The notes under the pieces are model-generated. The model saw only the letters and a program-made list of their open reading frames with translations. It was not told the DNA's origin and did not search any database. The position numbers and the translations under genes were made by a program. A DNA stretch of 64,000 nucleotides, taken from assembly GCA_900770925.1 (NCBI GenBank), contig CAAGLY010000013.1, positions 182 through 64,181 of the forward strand. The letters are read 5' to 3'. Origin of the DNA: Bacilli bacterium. GTDB lineage: Bacteria > Bacillota_I > Bacilli_A > RFN20 > CAG-288. Shown here piece by piece: positions 28,294-36,765 of the stretch; position 1 is the stretch's first letter, and each line of letters begins with the position of its first letter.

Positions 28294-28340
28294 AAAGAAA
28301 GGACCATTCTAGGACTCAAAGTCCTAAGTGGTCCTTTTTC
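28294..28340. terminator. bidirectional intrinsic terminator
   Basis: A long stem, aggaccattctaggac paired with gtcctaagtggtcct (28300-28335), is flanked by an A-run and a T-run. It lies between convergent genes. Confidence 0.65.
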
Positions 28341-28373
28341 TTAACTGAATATCTTCAATACTTGCCTAAGGAT

Positions 28374-29120
28374 TCACCACTGAGAATAATCAGATTTATC
28401 TTCAATAAACCAGGTTCGACTAAACTTCATTTTGGTTCCGTTATCTTCAAATATGAAATGACCATGAGAAAAGCCGTTTGTCTGGAAAATCTCATCTGGA
28501 GCACTAATTAGATTCTTCTCTGCCGCCCCTGGAAAATAGGCCTGAATATAGAACCGGCAGTCTACTCCATCTCCGACCTTCGCATAAATTTGAGAGAAAT
28601 CAAAATAGAACGAATCATAGGCGTTATAAAGAGCACAATAAGAATCAAGTTCGCTTGAATAAAAGTAAACAATATCATAATCGTTGGCTTGATAAGGAGG
28701 AAGATTGGATTGAAGCGGGAAATTATCTGCCCTTTGTTTATTACCAGAGTTATCGAGATAGGAAACCACCATACGGACAGAAGGAGTTATCCCTCGAATT
28801 GTTTCACGTGTTCTTAAAGATTCGTTGATTCTAACACCATATGTCAGTTTAATTGGTTTAGACGGATTTGCTTTCCTGGATTCTGTCTTCCATATCGTCA
28901 AACCGATTTCATGCAAAGGTTCAAGGGGTAATTCATGATGCTCTTCCGGTTCGTTCCGCTTCATAGCAAAAAAATTTTCTTTAGTAAACCATTCTGTACT
29001 ATATAATTTTCCGTTCTTATCAGTCTTAAAGTGCGAATCAGTAATAGCAGAAGACTGACTATTTCCACATCCTGAAAGAAGCAAAAAAGGAAGAACGGAT
29101 AGGATTTTAATTTTATTCAT
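28374..29120 (-). CDS. lipoprotein, unknown function
   Basis: 248 aa with a signal peptide and lipobox LLLSGCG. It is the third gene of a three-gene secreted-protein operon. Confidence 0.65.
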   Translation of the reverse strand: MNKIKILSVLPFLLLSGCGNSQSSAITDSHFKTDKNGKLYSTEWFTKENFFAMKRNEPEEHHELPLEPLHEIGLTIWKTESRKANPSKPIKLTYGVRINESLRTRETIRGITPSVRMVVSYLDNSGNKQRADNFPLQSNLPPYQANDYDIVYFYSSELDSYCALYNAYDSFYFDFSQIYAKVGDGVDCRFYIQAYFPGAAEKNLISAPDEIFQTNGFSHGHFIFEDNGTKMKFSRTWFIEDKSDYSQW

Positions 29121-29138
29121 GCCTATTCTCCTTTTTAG

Positions 29139-29819
29139 TTATTGATAGGAAGCATAGTAATTTGCTCCCGAATTGTTCATAAGGATTCTTAATTCGATAG
29201 TGTTATACGCAAAAGCAGAATCCCTAGGATTTGACGAATCCGAGCTTAATGATCCATCACGGAAACGAAGGCTGTATACAACATCCAGGTCCGAATTTTT
29301 CACGTTTTCCATAATTTCAGACAAGTTAAGATGAACTGTAACGCATCGCTTGAACACAACATAATAGGTGTTTCTACTTGGAAATCTAAGAATCTGGCCA
29401 ACACATTCTTTTGTGGTAATATTAGGTAATTCTTCATCCTCGATAAAAGTGCTCATCAAATTAGAATATGAACCTTCTTCATGGCCGAGAATTGGAAAAT
29501 CAGAAGAGTGTTTTGTAATATATTCATCTGAAAGATTCATTCCAACCCATATCTTAGCCGAGAATTTGCTTGTGTCGTTAACGCTTTGGACCGGTTCTTC
29601 TTTCCTCGCCAACCACACTCTTTCCTTATCTTCAGTATAGGTATCATAAGAGAAAGGAAAAACATTCTCCTGGCCGATTAACCCATCCGAATACCCAACT
29701 CCATATTCGTCATGATAAGCAAAGCCATCCGAAGATTCAGCCGTTGGTTGATTCTCCTTTTGGCATCCCGTAAGAAGGGAAAGCATTGCGAGAAATATTG
29801 ATGCTCTTTTAAAATTCAT
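29139..29819 (-). CDS. lipoprotein, unknown function
   Basis: 226 aa with a signal peptide and lipobox LLTGCQ. SD AAAGGAGGC lies upstream. Confidence 0.65.
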   Translation of the reverse strand: MNFKRASIFLAMLSLLTGCQKENQPTAESSDGFAYHDEYGVGYSDGLIGQENVFPFSYDTYTEDKERVWLARKEEPVQSVNDTSKFSAKIWVGMNLSDEYITKHSSDFPILGHEEGSYSNLMSTFIEDEELPNITTKECVGQILRFPSRNTYYVVFKRCVTVHLNLSEIMENVKNSDLDVVYSLRFRDGSLSSDSSNPRDSAFAYNTIELRILMNNSGANYYASYQ

Positions 29820-29835
29820 ATCCTATAGCCTCCTT

Positions 29836-29967
29836 TTAACTTAGAGATATAGATGACTTTCGACTATACACAGGGCCAATGACACGATTAGAGCTGGTTT
29901 CTGTAGGGACATAAAAGGCGGATAACATCATAAGTGAAATTAAAGAGCAGAACCTTTTTTTCTTCAT
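29836..29967 (-). CDS. small secreted/anchored peptide (43 aa), not in the ORF track
   Basis: An ATG at 29967 is preceded by a perfect SD (AAAGGAGGATTAT). The sequence MKKKRFCSLISLMMLSAFYVP is signal-like. The stop TAA at 29836 lies 17 nt before the next gene. Confidence 0.5.
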   Translation of the reverse strand: MKKKRFCSLISLMMLSAFYVPTETSSNRVIGPVYSRKSSISLS

Positions 29968-30193
29968 ATAATCCTCCTTTTGGCCGAGTTCGGTCATCTT
30001 CATTCTAGTCAGTCAAGTAAAAAAACAATTCATTCCAACAAGAAGAAACAAGGAAAAAAAGAAAAAAACAAAGTATACAAGCCGTTTTTCGTAAGTAATC
30101 AGTTTGTTTTGTAAGCGCTTCATTGCAACAAATATTTTGATTATAAGAGGCTATCCCAAAGGAAATCTTATAACAGATCAATAGTCCGGCATT

Positions 30194-30231
30194 AAAAAAA
30201 GACAGAAGGCACAAATGTCAGTTTCTGTCTT
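30194..30231 (-). terminator. intrinsic terminator after maf
   Basis: Stem aagacagaa (30199-30207) pairs with ttctgtctt (30223-30231). The A-run at 30194-30200 gives a U-tract on the minus strand. Confidence 0.65.
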
Positions 30232-30238
30232 TTCTCGA

Positions 30239-30808
30239 TTACTGAACGATTCCTAATTCAACCAGATCATCTTCAAGGTCTTCAATCGGAAGTCCCCTGA
30301 TATTGGAGTACTCTCCTTCAATGATTTTCGCATTGATGAAGTCCTTGTCCTGAATACCATAGGCACCCGCCTTATCAAACGGGGAACCAGTTTCAATGTA
30401 TTCGGCAATTTCCCTGTCAGCCCTTTTCTCCCTGAAAAGCTTGCTGACACAGATACGATGTCTGAGTTCCTGACCGCCTTTATAGATACAGTAAGCGGTA
30501 ATGACCTCATGGGTATTGCCGCTAAGTTCTCTCAGCCTACGATAGACATCCTGTTCATCTTTAGGCTTTCCAAGCTGCTCTCCTCTAAAGGATACCCTAG
30601 TATCAGCAGAGATAATAACATCCTTGGGATAGTCCCTAGAGACCTTGCATCCTTTGCCTTGGGCTTCCCTAAGGCAGAGCTTTCTGACATCCTTCGATTC
30701 GATCTTCCGTTCCTCGAAAGAGGAAGGAACAACCTTGAAAGGAGTATCGCCGAGGATTTCGGCTAAGAGTTCCTGTCTCCGCGGAGACTGACTAGCTAGA
30801 ATAATCAT
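30239..30808 (-). CDS. maf: Maf-family nucleoside triphosphate pyrophosphatase
   Basis: 189 aa beginning MIILASQSPRRQELL, with DKAGAYGIQ near the C-terminus. Confidence 0.88.
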   Translation of the reverse strand: MIILASQSPRRQELLAEILGDTPFKVVPSSFEERKIESKDVRKLCLREAQGKGCKVSRDYPKDVIISADTRVSFRGEQLGKPKDEQDVYRRLRELSGNTHEVITAYCIYKGGQELRHRICVSKLFREKRADREIAEYIETGSPFDKAGAYGIQDKDFINAKIIEGEYSNIRGLPIEDLEDDLVELGIVQ

Positions 30809-32514
30809 TATTCCGCCTTTCCTGCCGGAGAGTAGTTCAGAATAACCGGTATGACAATCGGACGGCGCTTGCTTTCCCGATAAAGGAAGTGGGAAGTTAC
30901 ATTACGGATAGCATTCTTAATTTCCGGATAGCTTGGCTTGCCTTGGCTTTGCCTTACCCGGGTAACCTCAATACCGATAATCTCACTCGCTTTCTTCTGC
31001 CTGGATTTCTTGTTCGAAGTGATGAATCCTTTAGATTCGACAACCGGAGAAGAGACAAGCCTATTCCGTTTCGGATCGATGACAACAAAGACAGAGACCC
31101 TGCCTTCGTTAATTAATGTCGTCCGTTCCTTAATGACAGCGTTCGTGATACCGACCGGATTATTTCCGTCAATATAGATGTTCTCACCTGGATAGGTGAT
31201 GTCGCTCTTAACGACCTTATGGTTGACTAGCCTTAAGACATCTCCGTTATTGCAGACGAAGGTGTGATCCTTGCTAAGTCCGCATTCTACTCCGATACGG
31301 GCATGGAGCTTAAGCCTGCGATATTCACCATGGATCGGCATGAAGTAATGAGGGCGGGCAAGTTTCTGAAGGAGGCGCCTTTCCTGTCTCGAAGCATGAC
31401 CGGAAGCATGGAGGTTATTGAGAACAGAATTCGTGATAACCTGAGCACCCAAACGTTCAAGACCATTGATTAAAGCGTTGATTGCAGCAGTGTTTCCCGG
31501 AATGACAGAAGAAGAGAAGACGACCGTATCACCAGGTAAAACATGAATAAAGCGATGTTCGCCGCGGGCAATACGGGAAAGAACTGCCCTAGGCTCGCCT
31601 TGGTTACCGGTGCAGAGAATCGTAACTTCATTCGGAGGGAGCGTACGGAGCTGATCAGGACCGGCTAAATATTCATCCGGAACCTTGATGTAACCAAATT
31701 CCCGGGCAGCATCGACATTTGCTTCCCTAGAACGGCCGAAGATAACAATCTTACGGCGGAACTTCCTACTCGTTTCGATAATCTGCTGGATACGGCAGAT
31801 GTTGGAGGAGAAAGTGGAGATAATCAATCGTCCTGGAGCTTCCGAGAAGACGTCCTCAATACCTTGGATGACCGTCTTTTCCGAACGGGTATATCCTTCT
31901 TTTTCGGCGTTAGTCGAATCGGCCCTTAACAGATCGATTCCCCGGTCTCCGAAATGAACCAGCTTCGATAAATCGAAATCCTCATCGACAGGAGTAAGGT
32001 CAATCTTAAAATCGCCTGTCTCGACAATCGTCCCCTGAGGAGTAGTGATATAAAGGCCATAGGCATCCGGAATAGAGTGAGTGACATGGAAGAACTCAAT
32101 TTTAAAATCGCCGAGATGAATAACGGATTCACCATCGAATTCCTTGATTGCCGTCGTTGTCCGGAGCTTATTGTCTTCCAGCTTATGCCGGATTAGGGTT
32201 GCCGCAAGCTTAGGAGCGTAGATGACCGGAATATCCCTCTGCTGAAGAAGAAAAGGAATACCGCCGATATGATCTTCATGTCCGTGGGTGATTACCCTTC
32301 CGCGTATCTTGCTCTTGTTCTGGACAAGATGCGTAAAATCCGGAATGATGTAGTCGATGCCGGGCCTTGTAGCATCAGGAAACCTGACACCGCAGTCAAT
32401 GATCAGGATGTTGTTTTCATCCTCGATACAATAAAGATTCTTGCCGACTTCTCCTAGTCCGCCAAGAGCATAAACCTCTACAGGCGAAGAAAGATTCTTT
32501 TTAGTTGGGGCCAT
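30808..32514 (-). CDS. rnj: ribonuclease J
   Basis: 568 aa with metallo-beta-lactamase motif HGHEDHIGG, then ADSTNAE, HASGHAS and PIHGEYR.L (beta-CASP). Confidence 0.93.
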   Translation of the reverse strand: MAPTKKNLSSPVEVYALGGLGEVGKNLYCIEDENNILIIDCGVRFPDATRPGIDYIIPDFTHLVQNKSKIRGRVITHGHEDHIGGIPFLLQQRDIPVIYAPKLAATLIRHKLEDNKLRTTTAIKEFDGESVIHLGDFKIEFFHVTHSIPDAYGLYITTPQGTIVETGDFKIDLTPVDEDFDLSKLVHFGDRGIDLLRADSTNAEKEGYTRSEKTVIQGIEDVFSEAPGRLIISTFSSNICRIQQIIETSRKFRRKIVIFGRSREANVDAAREFGYIKVPDEYLAGPDQLRTLPPNEVTILCTGNQGEPRAVLSRIARGEHRFIHVLPGDTVVFSSSVIPGNTAAINALINGLERLGAQVITNSVLNNLHASGHASRQERRLLQKLARPHYFMPIHGEYRRLKLHARIGVECGLSKDHTFVCNNGDVLRLVNHKVVKSDITYPGENIYIDGNNPVGITNAVIKERTTLINEGRVSVFVVIDPKRNRLVSSPVVESKGFITSNKKSRQKKASEIIGIEVTRVRQSQGKPSYPEIKNAIRNVTSHFLYRESKRRPIVIPVILNYSPAGKAE

Positions 32515-32664
32515 GATAAATATTACCTCTGCAAAGAGAAAAGACTGAATTGCTGAAAATCGAGTCTATCCGTCTTGTTTGTCGGTAATATTTTAGACAA
32601 GTCAAAATTATTAAACAAGGGGATAGATAGAAAAAAACGCTTTTATGGAAAAAAGAAACCGATG

Positions 32665-33213
32665 CTAAATAGCAACAGCATCCGGATCTTTATGGAAAGG
32701 ATCCTTCTGGTCGATTTTGTCGATATAAAGAATACCATCAAGATGATCGTATTCATGCTGGAAGACAATAGCCGGATATCCGGAAAGGCGGAGAACGACA
32801 TTCTTGCCGGAGACAACATCGAATGCTTTCCTCGTGATCTTGAAATAGCGGTAGACATATCCGGGGACATCCTTAGGAACAGAAAGACAGCCTTCACCCG
32901 AAGTAAGATAGGCGCGTTTGACACTGGAAGAGACAATCTTCGGATTGACTAACCCGAATTCATACTGCTTTCCGTTTCCGTCATCGAAATAGATAGCGAA
33001 CCTTCTCTTCGATACGCCAATTTGCGGTGCAGCAATACCGACACCGGAACGGATACGGTGCTCCTCCGCATATTTTTCATCCTGACTAAGCTTTAAATAC
33101 TCGACCCTGTCAAGTAATAGCTTACGGTCTTCTTCACTGATCGGTTCTACGACTTCCTGTGCCTTAGCATGAAGCACATCATCTTTATACGTGTAAATTT
33201 TAAATGGTTCCAT
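32665..33213 (-). CDS. def: peptide deformylase
   Basis: 182 aa with GVGIAAPQIG, EGCLSVP and QHEYDHLDG motifs. Confidence 0.93.
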   Translation of the reverse strand: MEPFKIYTYKDDVLHAKAQEVVEPISEEDRKLLLDRVEYLKLSQDEKYAEEHRIRSGVGIAAPQIGVSKRRFAIYFDDGNGKQYEFGLVNPKIVSSSVKRAYLTSGEGCLSVPKDVPGYVYRYFKITRKAFDVVSGKNVVLRLSGYPAIVFQHEYDHLDGILYIDKIDQKDPFHKDPDAVAI

Positions 33214-33272
33214 TTGGGTAAGATTATAGCATTATCAGCCGATAGTTCCGCATAAAATGCTATAATCAAGTC

Positions 33273-33602
33273 ATGAATAGAGAAGAATTCGAAGCAGAAG
33301 AGTTCGACTTCATTGACAAAGTCAGACAGACTGCCTTATACCGGAAAATCAAAGAACTCTCCGATGAAATCAATCAGGATGATGAGCTGAAAAAGCTCAG
33401 TCAGGAGAGAGACGCTCTCTTTGCAAAAGCAAGGGAAAGGAAAGACGGAGAGGAGAAAGAAAAGACAATCCAGTCAGCCAAGGAAAAGGATACTAAGCTA
33501 TTAAACAGCGAAAAAAGGAGAGAATATCTCTTCTACTACAATAAGAGGCAGAGAATCCTTAACCATCTGACTTCGAAACTGACACAGGAAATCAGGCTAT
33601 GA
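33273..33602 (+). CDS. YlbF/YmcA-like coiled-coil protein (UPF0342-like)
   Basis: 109 aa, helical and charged. It lies upstream of rsmD-coaD, as ylbF does in Bacillus. Sequence similarity was judged only by eye. Confidence 0.4.
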   Translation: MNREEFEAEEFDFIDKVRQTALYRKIKELSDEINQDDELKKLSQERDALFAKARERKDGEEKEKTIQSAKEKDTKLLNSEKRREYLFYYNKRQRILNHLTSKLTQEIRL

Positions 33603-34150
33603 TCAGAATCATACAGGGAATATATAAAGGACGTTTTCTCAAAATACCCGATAGTAAGGTCACCCGTCCGACAAGGGATAAAGTCAGACAGGCTATCTTC
33701 AACGCCATCCGGGATAAGGTTGTCGGTGCAACCGTCCTTGATCTTTTCGCGGGTAGCGGAGCAAGGGGACTTGAGGCCCTATCTAGAGGTGCGAAAGTTG
33801 TCTACTTCAACGACAAGAACAGACAGACTTTCCAGACTCTGAAAGAAAACATTTTCTCTCTGAATCCGGAAAAAGGAAGTGTTGTCCTCTCCTTAAGCGA
33901 CTACCGTCTGTTTTTAAAGAAGTATCAGGATGTGAAGTTTGATTTAGTCTTCCTCGATCCTCCCTATCATAGGGAAATCAATACCGACACCATCAAAAGG
34001 AGGATAGAGAGGAATAGGCTTAGCGATAACGCACTGATTGTCTCCGAACAGGAGATAATCAATCCGGAAATCAAAGGTTTCGCACTGAAAGAATACCGCT
34101 ATGGACAGAAACATGTCGGAATCTACCGTAAAGGAGCAATTCAGAAATGA
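33599..34150 (+). CDS. rsmD: 16S rRNA (guanine966-N2)-methyltransferase RsmD
   Basis: 183 aa with RPTRDKVRQAIFN, SAM motif DLFAGSGA.GLEALSRGA, and DPPY. Confidence 0.88.
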   Translation: MIRIIQGIYKGRFLKIPDSKVTRPTRDKVRQAIFNAIRDKVVGATVLDLFAGSGARGLEALSRGAKVVYFNDKNRQTFQTLKENIFSLNPEKGSVVLSLSDYRLFLKKYQDVKFDLVFLDPPYHREINTDTIKRRIERNRLSDNALIVSEQEIINPEIKGFALKEYRYGQKHVGIYRKGAIQK

Positions 34151-34638
34151 AAACTGCCGTCTATCCTGGATCGTTTGATCCCTTAACCAATGGGCATGTC
34201 GATGTTGCCCTCCGTGCCGCAAAGATCTTCGATGAGATTATCATCAGGGTTGCCGATAATCCGGAAAAGGAAGGACGCTATCTTTTCAATGCAGAAGAGA
34301 GAGTCAGCTTAGCCAAAGCTGTTTTCAAGGATTACCCAGACATCAAAGTCGTCTGCTGCACAGGACTTGTCGTCAAGGAAGCAAAGAAGCTTCATGCTCA
34401 GGCCTTAATTCGCGGATTACGTGCCGTCACGGACTACGAAGCCGAATACCAGAGGCATGAGGTCAATGAGTTTATCGAACCGGATATCGATAGGGTCTAT
34501 CTGATGGCGCATAAGGATCAGGCTTTTGTCTCTTCAAGCAACATCAAGGAAATTTTCTTCCATGGAGAAGATATTTCCCGCCTTGTTCCTTTGCCGGTGT
34601 TAGAAGCCAGGAAGAAAAAGAAGGAGGAAAAGAAATAA
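34147..34638 (+). CDS. coaD: phosphopantetheine adenylyltransferase
   Basis: 163 aa with AVYPGSFDPLTNGHVD and IRGLRAVTDYEAE motifs. It has an ATGA overlap with rsmD. Confidence 0.93.
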   Translation: MKTAVYPGSFDPLTNGHVDVALRAAKIFDEIIIRVADNPEKEGRYLFNAEERVSLAKAVFKDYPDIKVVCCTGLVVKEAKKLHAQALIRGLRAVTDYEAEYQRHEVNEFIEPDIDRVYLMAHKDQAFVSSSNIKEIFFHGEDISRLVPLPVLEARKKKKEEKK

Positions 34639-35312
34639 TGGATGACACAAAAGTACTGATTGTCAAAGAAAATGTCCTTGCCAAGAACGAGGAAGAAGCT
34701 GCTCTTGTCCGGAAGGAATTAAAGGAGAACCGCGTTTATTTCATCAATGTCAGGTCCTCTCCGGGAAGCGGAAAGACAACTCTTCTGACTAAACTGATTC
34801 CGCTGTTAGAGGAAAAAGGCCTCCGAATCGGAGTATTAGAAGCCGATATCGACGGCAAAGAGGATAGGGATACCATCAAAAACGAGACAAAGGCAAAAGT
34901 CATCCAGGTCCATACCTCCGGCGCCTGCCATAGGACCGCCCAGAGGACAAAGGAATCCATAGAAGCCCTTGGATTAGATGATGTCGATGTCGTCTTCCTT
35001 GAAAATATCGGAAACCTGGTCTGCCCTGCCGAGTTCGATACCGGTGCAGATCAGAACAGGGTTCTTCTCTCTGTTCCGGAAGGAGTCGATAAGCCCTTAA
35101 AGTATCCGCTCAGGTTCAAAGTCGCTCCCCTTGTTGTTGTTACCAAGATGGATACCCTTCCTGCCTTTGACTTCTCCTTCGATAGGTTCAACCTCAATGT
35201 CCGGAAACGGAATCCGAATGCAGTGATCTATGCCGTCTCTGCCAAAGAGAACAAGGGCATAAATACACTCGCTGATTACCTATACAAGAATATTTCAAAA
35301 GCCATCCGCTGA
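34638..35312 (+). CDS. hypB: HypB-type G3E-family metallochaperone GTPase
   Basis: 224 aa with P-loop SSPGSGKTTLL, ENIGNLVCPAEFD (the CPA metal/switch motif) and VVTKMD. Its start overlaps the coaD stop (TAATG). Confidence 0.8.
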   Translation: MDDTKVLIVKENVLAKNEEEAALVRKELKENRVYFINVRSSPGSGKTTLLTKLIPLLEEKGLRIGVLEADIDGKEDRDTIKNETKAKVIQVHTSGACHRTAQRTKESIEALGLDDVDVVFLENIGNLVCPAEFDTGADQNRVLLSVPEGVDKPLKYPLRFKVAPLVVVTKMDTLPAFDFSFDRFNLNVRKRNPNAVIYAVSAKENKGINTLADYLYKNISKAIR

Positions 35313-35377
35313 TCCGGGTGGCTTTTTCAGTTAGGAAAAAGGCAGCAAAAAAGGCCGCTTTTCAGCAGCCTTTTGTT

Positions 35378-36253
35378 TTATTTGACGTAAGTCTGGAATC
35401 CGTAGATGTCGAGCATCCTAGAAGCGACATCCGTGGAAGAGGTAAGAGATAAGGAAGCAAACGGAGTGACGATTGCACGGGTAGGAGTAGAACGGATGAA
35501 GGCAGTGTCCTTCTTTCCAGCAGCTTTATCCGCATCATAACCGGCTGTATCGGTGATGTAGTTGGTAGCAGTCTTATCCTTGGTGAAGGCAACGAAGAAC
35601 GGAGTAGGAAGGGTTCCGCCATCTTTTTCAGCAGTAAGATCAGCTTTCAGCTTCTCTTCAGTGACTTCGCTGTTCTTGTGATTCTCATCGTTATTAAGAT
35701 AGACATCACGGACCTTATTCTGAACATCCCTCTGTTCTTCCAGAGTGATATTGCTGTTGTCATAGAGGGCATACTGACCCTGATTGGTGTTGGATTCATC
35801 ACTATCGCCCGGTTTCCAGGCAACATTGACACAGTAGAATTCGATCTTGGCGTTTTTCTTGTTGAAGTTGTTGTACCAGGTCTCGACATGGCTCTGCCTA
35901 GAATCGCATCCGTCGCAGTTATCCTTATAGAAGAGAACAACGAATCCGTCTTTATCTTCGCTGATCGAGAAGGAAGTCTTTCCTTCACCGACAGCTTTTC
36001 CGGATTTATCGGTTCCGTCGATTTTCTTGTTCAATTGTTCATAGGTGATAGCGTGAGAGGAGAAGAAATTGGATTTGCTGTCATTAACCATGCTGGAAAT
36101 ACCCTTGACAGCATACGGGATAGCGACAACAACACCGACGACAAGTCCGACGATAAGTAAAACCTGTAACCAAGCAGCTTCCTTAAACCATTCCCATGCG
36201 GCTACCGCATGAGCTCTGCCGGCTCCTTTTTTCTTATTCTCCTTAGAACTCAT
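35378..36253 (-). CDS. membrane-anchored thioredoxin-fold protein
   Basis: 291 aa with an N-terminal TM helix and an extracytoplasmic domain carrying VVLFYKDNCDGCD (CxxC). SD GGGAGGA lies upstream. Confidence 0.55.
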   Translation of the reverse strand: MSSKENKKKGAGRAHAVAAWEWFKEAAWLQVLLIVGLVVGVVVAIPYAVKGISSMVNDSKSNFFSSHAITYEQLNKKIDGTDKSGKAVGEGKTSFSISEDKDGFVVLFYKDNCDGCDSRQSHVETWYNNFNKKNAKIEFYCVNVAWKPGDSDESNTNQGQYALYDNSNITLEEQRDVQNKVRDVYLNNDENHKNSEVTEEKLKADLTAEKDGGTLPTPFFVAFTKDKTATNYITDTAGYDADKAAGKKDTAFIRSTPTRAIVTPFASLSLTSSTDVASRMLDIYGFQTYVK

Positions 36254-36317
36254 TGAAGGTCCTCCCGTCGATATAACACACGCACACGACTATATATACG
36301 GCAAATTATAAACTAGA

Positions 36318-36391
36318 TGGTGCCCCGAGCCAGAATCGAACTAGCAATTGATCCTTACCAAGGATCCGTTATACCACTTAACTAAGGGGGC
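36318..36391 (-). tRNA. tRNA-Thr (anticodon GGU), acceptor stem imperfect
   Basis: A 74-nt cloverleaf with D arm GTTA-AGTGGTA-TAAC, anticodon arm GATCC-TTGGTAA-GGATC, T arm GCTAG-TTCGATT-CTGGC, A73 and encoded CCA. Positions 6:67 (C.C) and 7:66 (U.U) do not pair. Confidence 0.75.
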
Positions 36392-36410
36392 AGAAATAAC
36401 AGCGACAATT

Positions 36411-36439
36411 AATATACTTAATCCGAAAGGCAATGTCAA
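36411..36439 (-). promoter_or_regulatory. sigma-70 consensus promoter for tRNA-Thr
   Basis: On the minus strand: TTGACA (36439-36434), a 17-nt spacer, then TATATT (36416-36411), about 20 nt before the tRNA 5' end. Confidence 0.65.
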
Positions 36440-36535
36440 TAAAGGAGACATGTTTTTCTTCTTTTTTGCCTCTTGGAGGGGTATAGGGAAGGAGACCATG
36501 CGATGGTCTTCTTCTCTCCCTTTCATTTTCTGTTC

Positions 36536-36718
36536 TTACTTGTCTTTCCTAATAGCGAACACAAAAGAGGAAATGAATCCGATAATTGCCATTAGACCTC
36601 CGGCTGTAGCAAACCCATAATTGAAATCATAGGATTCGAAATTACTGGCTATCAGCCTAATAACACCAGAGAGCCTGACTGCCAGAGAAAGAATAAACAG
36701 CTTTGCATTTCTTTTCAT
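36536..36718 (-). CDS. small membrane protein
   Basis: 60 aa with two hydrophobic segments. The start is set at the ATG at 36718, 9 nt after AGGAGGG. The track ORF begins further upstream at 36748. Confidence 0.5.
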   Translation of the reverse strand: MKRNAKLFILSLAVRLSGVIRLIASNFESYDFNYGFATAGGLMAIIGFISSFVFAIRKDK

Positions 36719-36765
36719 TTTTCCATCCCTCCTACTACTCGTCTTCAAAAACTTCTACTACTCAC

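Noticed and set aside
30005-30214. 69-aa ORF on - upstream of the lipoprotein operon
   Set aside because: It sits in the A/T-rich promoter region directly after the maf terminator. It has no RBS, and its poly-K/F-like content comes from A- and T-runs.
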